IMG/VR virus record: IMGVR_UViG_3300046823_000057
Coordinates: 1-38,846 of that record
Length of the DNA stretch: 38,846 nucleotides
Strand: one strand, 5' to 3'
Source of the DNA: a virus
Taxonomy: Duplodnaviria > Caudoviricetes
Position 1 is the first letter of the stretch. Each line of letters opens with the position of its first letter. Positions 24,602 through 32,295 of the stretch are shown here, one piece after another. Made by a program: the position numbers and the translations under genes. Under the pieces are notes generated by a model. It was not told the DNA's origin. It saw nothing but the letters and a program-made list of their open reading frames with translations, and did not search any database.

Positions 24602-26479
24602 CTAGACGTTGGTACCCATCGGGGTGTGGATAGCGTCGATGGCAATCAATTCGACTTGCGGCTTGGCAACTTGCCCGACCGATACCTGTACGATCGGCGC
24701 GTGCGTGTAGCCGGTAAACCCGATGCTGACCCACATGGTGTTGCGCACGGCAGGCCGCCCTGGCGCTGCCTGATCCCATTGCGCGTAGTCTGCGCGCTCG
24801 GCGGGTGTCGGTGGCGGCGGCACGGGCGTTGCCGTCGCCGTCCAGTAGGTTGGGTGGGCGGCTCGATCAGCCGCGAATGTCCCCGTGGCCGCACTGGTAT
24901 GAGCAACGGCAGCCGACCAGCACGTCATGCCGTTAACGTCGTAGACCAGGGTACCGACACTGTAGGCAAGACCGTTTTTCCACTGTAATGCCCACGGCGT
25001 GATATTAGGCCCCCACAGGCCCTGATCCCACACATCGGCAAGGCCAGGGTCTTGCCCTACCAATGGCGGCGTCGGCAACGTCACGACATAGTCTGTGCAA
25101 GCTGAAAGCTGCGGCTGGAACGGCTCTCGCGTACCGGACGCGAACGAGGCGCGGGCCTGATGCCACGTCGTCATTTGCAGGCGCTGACCGAGACACCCCC
25201 AGCCGCCTACCAGCGTTGCGACATACGGCTGGCCGTCGTCATAGCCGGTTCTGTCCGCTTGCATAATAACGCCGTCTTGCGTGCCAAAAAACAGATCGGC
25301 ACGCATGCGAATGAAGCAAGTAGCGTCGTAGCCAACAAAGCGCGCCCACGCTCCGGTCGCGATGTTGACGATCGCGCAGTATCTGTTGCCGGGTGTTCCT
25401 CCCGGCCAAGTGACGAACATGGCGCCGTATTCGTGCCAAGGCTTCATCGTCCAGGGGAGAATGCGCTTGGCCGCCACTTCCTCGCGCCACATGGTCTTGA
25501 TGTTCAAGGTGACGGCAGCGAGGTCGAGCTGCTCGGTGTCCTTGGTGATGGCGGCGCTAATCGGCACGATGCCGTCGACCGTCGCGATTAAGAGATCGCC
25601 GCCCAAAGGAACGTGGGCGTTGATGCCTAGCGGAGCCGCGATGGCGTAGCGCCCCTCTTGGCGCCAGTTGGCAGAGTCGGCGGGATTACTGCCGGTGAAG
25701 ATCAACAGCTCGCCCAGATCCGTGCAAAACACGCACTTGTCGTCGATACCGTCCCCGGCGTCGACCGACCATGTCGCACCGAACAAAAGCTTGCCGCCCT
25801 TGGTCGCCGCCCCCGACAATGGGATCAATTGCAAGACACCGCCGACCGCATTGATGTCGAGGTACCAAGCATTCATGCTGCCGCCTTCGATAAAAAACAG
25901 GCGACCGCGATACTTCCACACGTAAGTAAGATTAGCTCCCTGCTGAACCGATACTGGCGGATCGACTACCGGGCCGGTGATCTTCGGCGGCTTGTCGACA
26001 GGCGGCGTGTAGGTCGGATCGAGCGTTTCCCAGGTAGTGCCGTCGAAGCGTAATGGGAAATTCCCGGCGTCGTTGACCACAATCATGTAGTCGCCGCCCA
26101 TATTCGAAAGCTGCGCCGCGCAGTAGTTGCCGGACGTTTGCCCGCTCTTGACCAGCGTTGGTGCGGGCGAGGACACGTCGTAGAGGTTGGTCGCGGTGCC
26201 GGCATACATGCGCTGCACGTTGCCGCTGGCGTACTCGAAAGCCGAAACCACCGGCACCGTTTCCGGCAGCACGCACCAACGCTCGGAACCACCGCGCAGC
26301 TTCACGCCGCGCATGGTCGGCGCCCAGTTGTCGCAAATGATCGCAGCCCCCGGCTGCATGAAGGCGAGGTTCTCAGACTCGATAATGCCACGGGTCGGCG
26401 CCGGAATCGTGATCGCCTGCGCTTGCAGCGCGACTTGCTGCGGCACGGGTTGCCGGCGGAACCCTTGATGCACGCTCAT
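24602..26479 (-). CDS. Tail nozzle / DNA stabilisation protein (P22 gp10-like beta-propeller) with a small carbohydrate-binding-like insertion
   Basis: About 625 aa, beta-rich, PAPTRG N-terminus, YRGRLFF, WDQGLW. Position after the adaptor; ATGA overlap. Confidence 0.75.
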   Translation of the reverse strand: MSVHQGFRRQPVPQQVALQAQAITIPAPTRGIIESENLAFMQPGAAIICDNWAPTMRGVKLRGGSERWCVLPETVPVVSAFEYASGNVQRMYAGTATNLYDVSSPAPTLVKSGQTSGNYCAAQLSNMGGDYMIVVNDAGNFPLRFDGTTWETLDPTYTPPVDKPPKITGPVVDPPVSVQQGANLTYVWKYRGRLFFIEGGSMNAWYLDINAVGGVLQLIPLSGAATKGGKLLFGATWSVDAGDGIDDKCVFCTDLGELLIFTGSNPADSANWRQEGRYAIAAPLGINAHVPLGGDLLIATVDGIVPISAAITKDTEQLDLAAVTLNIKTMWREEVAAKRILPWTMKPWHEYGAMFVTWPGGTPGNRYCAIVNIATGAWARFVGYDATCFIRMRADLFFGTQDGVIMQADRTGYDDGQPYVATLVGGWGCLGQRLQMTTWHQARASFASGTREPFQPQLSACTDYVVTLPTPPLVGQDPGLADVWDQGLWGPNITPWALQWKNGLAYSVGTLVYDVNGMTCWSAAVAHTSAATGTFAADRAAHPTYWTATATPVPPPPTPAERADYAQWDQAAPGRPAVRNTMWVSIGFTGYTHAPIVQVSVGQVAKPQVELIAIDAIHTPMGTNV

Positions 26480-27180
26480 GTCGGCACCGGCCATGGATAG
26501 GCGTCGGTAGCGTTGCGCATTGCCGGCCTGCGTCCAATCAGGATCGGTGACGGCTGATCGAAGCCCGCGACGGTGTTGAGAGCGTCACCGTAGGTGCCCA
26601 TGTCCTCGGCGTAGGCAGTCCCCTTCTGACTCTTCCACCTCCAAATCATGCCAAGCTTGAGCACGCGCTCGTCGAGCCGGAAGGTGTCGAGGTCGGACAT
26701 GAACTCGTCGCCGTAGCCGCCGCTCGCCAAAGCGATGCAGTTCTTGTCGAGGTAGTTGAACGTCGCCGTCTCGGCTGCCGGCAGGATCGGCTGGATATGC
26801 ATCTGACCGCCGTAGATCGTCCACTCGCTGTAAAGGTCGACGTGGCCCATGGCGCGACGCTGCATCCATTCGTCGAGATCGGGAATAAAGCGCATCGGCG
26901 CCATCGTCTGCCTCGATCGCCACACGTTGCTCTTTAGGAGCATGCGCTTGTAGTTGGCAGGCAAGTTGAAAGCTTCGCTGACGCCGTCGCCCGTGAACGT
27001 CGCCTTCGTCTTCAGCGTCGTCCACTCACGGTGATCATAGGCAATGGTCTGCGCCACCTCGTTGGCGAGCGTGACCATCTCCTGCATGGTGCGGTTGGAG
27101 CTAATGCCGGGGAAGACCGCTTGCGGCACCATGACGCCGACAACCGGACATACCTTCTGCACCACCGCGAGCAGCGTCAT
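26476..27180 (-). CDS. Head-tail adaptor protein
   Basis: MTLLAVVQ..., FNLPANYKRM, LKLGMIWRWK...YAED pattern; syntenic position. Confidence 0.75.
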   Translation of the reverse strand: MTLLAVVQKVCPVVGVMVPQAVFPGISSNRTMQEMVTLANEVAQTIAYDHREWTTLKTKATFTGDGVSEAFNLPANYKRMLLKSNVWRSRQTMAPMRFIPDLDEWMQRRAMGHVDLYSEWTIYGGQMHIQPILPAAETATFNYLDKNCIALASGGYGDEFMSDLDTFRLDERVLKLGMIWRWKSQKGTAYAEDMGTYGDALNTVAGFDQPSPILIGRRPAMRNATDAYPWPVPT

Positions 27181-27885
27181 TTAGGCCGCCTTGTCTGGCC
27201 GCGCGTCCATTGCCATGCGAACGAGGGTCTTGCGATTGATCGTGCCTTGCGGCGTGTGGCCGGTATTAGCGGTGATGAACTCACGCAGCTGATCGATCGA
27301 CATATTTTCAAACTCGCTCTCCATTGCCTGCCGCTTGGTGAGAAGCTTGGCGTCCTCTTCCAGCACGGCATTGCGGGCCTTCAGCTGCTCGAGCTGCGCC
27401 ATCAGCTCCAGGCTCGGCGCACCCTGCTTGGTTTCGGCAATGTGCTCGATCGCTTGGTTCTTCAGCTCGCGGCCGTGCATGCCGAGATTCTTCAACGGCT
27501 GTCCGTCGACCTCGGCAAGCGCCTCGACAGTGTAGATATTGAGCGCCTTCAATTCGGCGCGGCGCGCTTCGGTCAGGAACGGTGCGTAGTCGAGTGGCGT
27601 GCCTGACTTGGTCTGCTGCGCCCTCTCCTTGAATTGCTGGTACTGCTTGCGGAACCGCTCGGCGTAGCTGATCTGCGTCTGCTCGCCAGTCACTGGATCG
27701 GTGAGCCACTGCGTCGACATCGCCGTCGCCGGGAAGACGTACCATGCATCGCTGCCTGGAAACCGAACCTCGCAAACCTCTTGATCGTCATAGATAGGAC
27801 GACCCTCAGCAGCCGACTTGATTGGATTATGAATCGCGAGATGTCTGAAGGTCGGAACCAGCGAATCGTCTGGATTAGCAGGCAT
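27181..27885 (-). CDS. Conserved-type phage protein downstream of the major capsid gene
   Basis: EGRPIYDDQE, RFRKQYQQFK, SGTPLD..ELKALNIYTVEALA; AGGAG RBS. Confidence 0.8.
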   Translation of the reverse strand: MPANPDDSLVPTFRHLAIHNPIKSAAEGRPIYDDQEVCEVRFPGSDAWYVFPATAMSTQWLTDPVTGEQTQISYAERFRKQYQQFKERAQQTKSGTPLDYAPFLTEARRAELKALNIYTVEALAEVDGQPLKNLGMHGRELKNQAIEHIAETKQGAPSLELMAQLEQLKARNAVLEEDAKLLTKRQAMESEFENMSIDQLREFITANTGHTPQGTINRKTLVRMAMDARPDKAA

Positions 27886-27902
27886 CGTGTTCTCCTGATT
27901 TG

Positions 27903-27947
27903 AAAAGAGCCGCCACCCTCACGCTCGGGCGAACGTGAGGGCGACGG
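27903..27947 (-). terminator. Intrinsic terminator after the major capsid gene
   Basis: Minus strand CCGTCGCCCTCACG-loop-CGTGAGGGTGGCGG followed by CTCTTTT. Confidence 0.65.
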
Positions 27948-28007
27948 TCCCGCTGACCCGGCGGCAATAGAGGCCAATCCAAAAACGCCGGGTTAGAGTC
28001 GTCCTCG

Positions 28008-29027
28008 CTACGCAGCCGGATTAGAGTCGTACATGCGCCAGTTGAAGAGCGGATTGGTCATAGTTACTTCGCCCATCCACCCGACAAATTGTGCAATGGC
28101 ATCTTTGTCTATTGGCATCATCCCTTCACCGTCGAAAATCTTGCTGAAGTTTCTTTCGGGGTGATAGCGAACGCGGAACGAGTCGGTGTCGATGCCGAAC
28201 GTCGTGTTCGCCGGCATGTTCGATCCGATGCCGCCATCGAGCACGATCTCAGCTCGCTTGCCGCCGCCGATATATTCAAGAGCGGAGAAGCCAAGCGCGC
28301 CGAGAGATGTCTCGTTGGTCTGCCTTTGGATTGCGACGGTCGCCGCGTCGTAGGCCGCGTAATGCTCGGGGCTCATGATGAGAAGATCGGCGTAATCTTT
28401 TCCGCGCGATTGTTTCGTCATCACGAAGTTGAGCATTGGGCGGATCGTCGTCGCCGACACTTGCGTGCCGATCGCCGTCGCCATGCTATTGGCGTCATAA
28501 GTCTTGGTCTGCCAGATCACGTTGGTGCGTGCGATGCCGCCGTAGGTGCCGGTGTTGGTGATGATCGGAACCGCGGCGCCCAAGCCGGTGATCTGCTTGC
28601 CGCCGTTAGCGGTGCCGTCGCTGTAGAGTCCGGCATCCATGGTGTCGGTCAGTGTCTTCTCGGCGGCCGTGATGTAGTTGTCGTAAACGTCGATGAGCTG
28701 ATTTGTGCCGGAATTGTTAAGAATCTCCTGCATGCTCAGAATCACAGGCACAACCACCTGTTTAGGATCGTAGACGGCGTCGTTGAACAGATCGAGCGCG
28801 GGGTTGAGCAGCTGATCGTAGCCTGAGTACCATTGCGCAACTTGCTTGGCGATTTGCAGCGTTTGCCTGATGCGCGGGCCGGAATAGGTCTGCCACAAGC
28901 CCTTGCGCTTGAGGACGGCAAAGAGTGCGTTGTTGTTAGATACGAGGTCTTGGTATTGCGTCGATCGCTGTTCAAGCGACATCGAGAGAATCTGCTGATA
29001 GGCAGCAACGGTGTTGATGTCGGCCAT
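28008..29027 (-). CDS. Major capsid protein
   Basis: 339 aa after the scaffold gene; GLYSDGTANGGKQITGLGAAV, TGTYGGIAR..W; GGGAGGG RBS; followed by a terminator. Confidence 0.9.
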   Translation of the reverse strand: MADINTVAAYQQILSMSLEQRSTQYQDLVSNNNALFAVLKRKGLWQTYSGPRIRQTLQIAKQVAQWYSGYDQLLNPALDLFNDAVYDPKQVVVPVILSMQEILNNSGTNQLIDVYDNYITAAEKTLTDTMDAGLYSDGTANGGKQITGLGAAVPIITNTGTYGGIARTNVIWQTKTYDANSMATAIGTQVSATTIRPMLNFVMTKQSRGKDYADLLIMSPEHYAAYDAATVAIQRQTNETSLGALGFSALEYIGGGKRAEIVLDGGIGSNMPANTTFGIDTDSFRVRYHPERNFSKIFDGEGMMPIDKDAIAQFVGWMGEVTMTNPLFNWRMYDSNPAA

Positions 29028-29044
29028 AAGGCCCTCCCCTTCGG

Positions 29045-30280
29045 TTAGCCAAGCACGGCACGCACTGCGTTAGCCGCTGCTTCGCGTGAGCTGATCGGTT
29101 TGCCGTTTCCGCGCCGTCCGTCTGAGGGACTGGAAGTGGGTGCGCCGGAAATCGAGCGGTCTGATCGGGTCTGAGCCGATGGGGTCGTCTGGCGGGTCTG
29201 AGCCGCGTGGGTGGCGGGGTATAGACGTTCCGCCCGCTGATAAGCCGTGTCGAGATCGAACCCGAATTGTATCTCGCGCTCGATCGCGGGGCCTAGCTCA
29301 TCGAAGCGTGGGTGACTGTCGGCAAACTGGTCGACGGCCGACCGCGTATACGAATGAGCCTGCGCATACTGCATCTGCTGAAAGCCATTGGCAATGGCGT
29401 CTACTTTCTGGTGCAACGCGCCCAGCTGGTAGCCTTGTGCCGACTGCGCGTTCTGCGCCTGTATCAGTTTGTGCTGCTCGGGCGATTGCTGAAGATAGTC
29501 GTAAGCCAAGTCGCGATAGGTCAGCTTCTGTCCTTCGGGCGTGCGCAAGTTGAGGTTCGATACGATCATCTCGAAGGCGGCGTGCGGATCGCTGACTAGT
29601 TTTTTCTCCATGGTCGTGTAGTTGGAGAGCGCGCGCTGCAGCGTCGTGCCGTGCTCCTTCGCCATCTGCTGGAACTGGCGAATGCCGTTCATCTCTTCAT
29701 GATCGGCGCGGAAGCGGCTGTAGGCGTCGGCCATCTCGCGGTGCATGCGATGCACTTCGCCGCGTACCGATTCCGGCGCCGCGTGCCACTCGGCTTGCGC
29801 GTGCGGAGCCATCCGGGGCGGCGGCTCGCGGTAAGGGGCATGCTCTGGGAGTAGGTTCCCATGTGCAACGGCCGGCTTTTGCTGACCGTTTGCACTTTGA
29901 CTTTGGCCCCTGTCAGCATTTGGCAGCGATTGACTGCGATTGTCAGTTGACGGCGCAAAATGCCCGTGCTCGGCGCGCGGGCGACTATCTTCCTTCGGCG
30001 GCGGCTTCTTGAGGTCGATCTTCTCCTTTTGCATCGGCTCGGGCGGGTTGTTGTCGCCCATGCCGCGCTTGACAGGCTTGGCGGCGGTATCGCCGGCCCG
30101 GTCGAAGGCCTTCTGCACGCTCTCGCGCACGCTGGCGGCACGATCGGGTGCCTTCTGGGGGCCGGGACTGTCGATCGGCGCCGGCCGGTCGACGTGCTGC
30201 TGGATCGGTATCTCGGCAATTAACGGCGGCGCGGACGGTGCGGACGCTGGCGGCGCATTCGAAATACCGACATCAGACAT
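29045..30280 (-). CDS. Capsid scaffolding protein
   Basis: Disordered N-terminus with RAEHGHFA, helical core, AYQRAERL, basic/helical C-terminal tail; directly upstream of the capsid gene. Confidence 0.8.
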   Translation of the reverse strand: MSDVGISNAPPASAPSAPPLIAEIPIQQHVDRPAPIDSPGPQKAPDRAASVRESVQKAFDRAGDTAAKPVKRGMGDNNPPEPMQKEKIDLKKPPPKEDSRPRAEHGHFAPSTDNRSQSLPNADRGQSQSANGQQKPAVAHGNLLPEHAPYREPPPRMAPHAQAEWHAAPESVRGEVHRMHREMADAYSRFRADHEEMNGIRQFQQMAKEHGTTLQRALSNYTTMEKKLVSDPHAAFEMIVSNLNLRTPEGQKLTYRDLAYDYLQQSPEQHKLIQAQNAQSAQGYQLGALHQKVDAIANGFQQMQYAQAHSYTRSAVDQFADSHPRFDELGPAIEREIQFGFDLDTAYQRAERLYPATHAAQTRQTTPSAQTRSDRSISGAPTSSPSDGRRGNGKPISSREAAANAVRAVLG

Positions 30281-30380
30281 GATGGCTCTCCCCTCGCCCG
30301 AAAGGCGGATGAATTGCCCGATGCCCGATAAGTTTGGATTATGCCCCGTGGCCTCACGGGACGGCGTCTGAATGGCCTAT

Positions 30381-30686
30381 TCAGACACCCTTGACCATCT
30401 CAACCGCTCGCTTGATCGCCTTCTGGCGTTCTTTCTTGACCTTCGGATCGTGGGCGCCCAAGAGCCGCGTCTTCTGTTTCTCGTTGCCGACCTCGGTCAG
30501 CCCCAGCGAGCGGCCTACGGCCCGAAACGCACGCTTCGACGTGTAGTATTTTCCGTCCACTTGCTCAACAGGGTCCATGATGTCGGAGATGACGTGCGGG
30601 CACGGCAGGCTCGATCGCAATGATCGGTAAGGCGGTCGCGCGACCCGGAACTTACCCGGCTCAACCTCGATCAGCTCTACGCGCAT
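30381..30686 (-). CDS. Small head-region hypothetical protein
   Basis: VISDIMDP.EQVDGKYYTSKRAFR....GLTEVGNEK pattern; GAGG RBS. Confidence 0.8.
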   Translation of the reverse strand: MRVELIEVEPGKFRVARPPYRSLRSSLPCPHVISDIMDPVEQVDGKYYTSKRAFRAVGRSLGLTEVGNEKQKTRLLGAHDPKVKKERQKAIKRAVEMVKGV

Positions 30687-30873
30687 TTTGCGCCTCTCTG
30701 ATTAACGGCGGCACCGCATACATCACCGGCATGCCGCCCGCCGCCACCTTGGTGACGGCAATGCCGTAGCCATTGGCCGCCTCGGTGACCGGCAGGCCCG
30801 CCTTGGGCGTAACACTGGTCACGTCGATGACCGGCATGCCGCCCGCGGCGACGGTGACGACGGCTAGGCCCAT
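30661..30873 (-). CDS. Small protein with internal VAAGGMPV repeat
   Basis: AGGAG RBS before ATG30873; VTVAAGGMPV / TKVAAGGMPV duplication. Confidence 0.75.
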   Translation of the reverse strand: MGLAVVTVAAGGMPVIDVTSVTPKAGLPVTEAANGYGIAVTKVAAGGMPVMYAVPPLIREAQNARRADRG

Positions 30874-30978
30874 TTCCGTCTCCTGCAATTGGCGGCCCAA
30901 GGACCAAGACAAACCTGGAGGGCAATCCTAGCCCCTGGGCTCGACAGGGACGACGCGCTCGGTCAGCGTCCCTATACT

Positions 30979-31137
30979 TTACTTGCGTTTCTTGTGCTCT
31001 TCCTCGTCGTGGTCCTTCTGGCTCTTGTCGGCCGGTTTTTGCGTCTGCGAGCCGTGCGGCTCGTTGATCGATTGCGGCAGATCGCGCGGATCGACCGGCG
31101 GCGGTTGCGGTGTCGGATCGTGCTTCGTGGTAGACAT
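30979..31137 (-). CDS. 52-aa hydrophilic protein (MSTTKHDPTPQPPP...EEEHKKRK)
   Basis: Translated by hand; AAGGAG RBS; fills the gap in the late operon. Confidence 0.7.
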   Translation of the reverse strand: MSTTKHDPTPQPPPVDPRDLPQSINEPHGSQTQKPADKSQKDHDEEEHKKRK

Positions 31138-31195
31138 GACGTTCTCCTTGGGAAGGCGGCCGGATCATTCCGGCCGTACTCCCCAACGCGCAGGC

Positions 31196-31951
31196 TCAGG
31201 TAAAAGTCCAGGTTGTTGCCGGCGTTGTCAGCGCCCCGAATGTCGACACCACGACCGGCAGCGTTCCTGATGTCGCTCGTTTCTGCACATTGGAGGCGCT
31301 GATCTGGGTTGCCGAGATGTAGAACGTCGATTGCGCGACGCCGTTGACCAGCACGACAGAGGCCGGTTCGAACCCGGTGCCGTTGACCAGCAGGGTCGAC
31401 ACCACGCCGGCCCCCGACGCGATGTTGTTGGGCGAGATCGAGGTGATCGTCGCCAGCGATGCCGGCGGCTGCGAGCTCGGGTGCGAGGCGTTGGGCGTGG
31501 TGCTGTAGGTGCCAGCGACCGACACCGATTGCGTCGGACACTCGGCGCGACTGCCGGGGGTTGTCACAATGACCACCGTGCCGGTCGATTCCGGCGCCAC
31601 GCTCGGCCCGCCGACCGCAAGGGAGGCATGATTGGCGGCAATGGCCGTGATGGCGCCGGCTGCGCCATCATCGTAGAACGGCGCCAGATCGGGCCTGGGG
31701 TAGTGTGAGTCGGTCGCCGTGTTGTAGACGGTTGGGTCGTAAGTGGCCGGATTCGGTGGCGTGCCGCCGGTCGAGGAAAAGTTGGTTGGCGGCGTCGGGT
31801 TGGCATTGGTGACGGTCAGCGGATTACCCGCCGTCATCACCACAAACGGCTCGACGCCTACCCTGGCGTCCGCCTTGGCGGCCGGAACCTTGGCCCGCAA
31901 GTGCTCATCACGCTCCATTACAGCTAAGTCGTCGTCCTTCCTAATGGCCAT
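31196..31951 (-). CDS. IPT/TIG (Ig-like) domain protein, possible head decoration
   Basis: C-terminal TITSISPN..LLVNGTGF..SVVLVNG..TFYISATQI..WTFT IPT/TIG pattern. Start is ATG31951 (AAGGAAG RBS) or ATG32059. Confidence 0.8.
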   Translation of the reverse strand: MAIRKDDDLAVMERDEHLRAKVPAAKADARVGVEPFVVMTAGNPLTVTNANPTPPTNFSSTGGTPPNPATYDPTVYNTATDSHYPRPDLAPFYDDGAAGAITAIAANHASLAVGGPSVAPESTGTVVIVTTPGSRAECPTQSVSVAGTYSTTPNASHPSSQPPASLATITSISPNNIASGAGVVSTLLVNGTGFEPASVVLVNGVAQSTFYISATQISASNVQKRATSGTLPVVVSTFGALTTPATTWTFT

Positions 31952-32058
31952 GGTCCGCTTCCTTCTGGTCGGGGTTAGTTTCCTGCCCGATGAAGATGGC
32001 CTCTTTATCTGTTTCGTCGCCGTCTTGGCGAGCTTCGCCCGCGTGCTGCGCGCCGTCA

Positions 32059-32087
32059 TTGCTCGGCCTCTTCGTGTCGGGTATACT
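32059..32087 (+). promoter_or_regulatory. Antisense sigma70 promoter inside the late region
   Basis: TTGCTC (32059-32064)-N17-TATACT (32082-32087), ending 7 nt before ATG32095, which implies a leaderless transcript. Confidence 0.75.
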
Positions 32088-32094
32088 GTAGCGC

Positions 32095-32295
32095 ATGGAC
32101 GACCTGGAACAGACCATTGCCGCCCTCGTCAGACGCAAGAACGCCGCCCGCAAGGGCTCGGCGGAATACCGCATGGTCCTCCGCCAATTGACCGGCCTGC
32201 GCTACTCCTGCGAGGAAGCGGGCGGCATCATCGAAGACCTCGATCCGCTCGATTGGCATACTACCTGTCGCCCCCTTGCGATTGCTCGGCGATAG
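32095..32295 (+). CDS. 66-aa antisense-oriented protein, candidate immunity protein
   Basis: Own promoter, high GC3 over most codons, helical MDDLEQTIAALVRRKNAARKGSAEYRMVLRQL; convergent with and overlapping the 3' end of 32261..33868. Confidence 0.7.
   Translation: MDDLEQTIAALVRRKNAARKGSAEYRMVLRQLTGLRYSCEEAGGIIEDLDPLDWHTTCRPLAIARR

Noticed and set aside
32056-32259. Minus-strand ORF MPIERIEVFDD... as the gene filling this gap
   Set aside because: It is the codon-aligned mirror of the plus-strand ORF, which has a properly spaced promoter and a more protein-like sequence. Disfavoured but not fully excluded, since its stop overlaps ATG32059.
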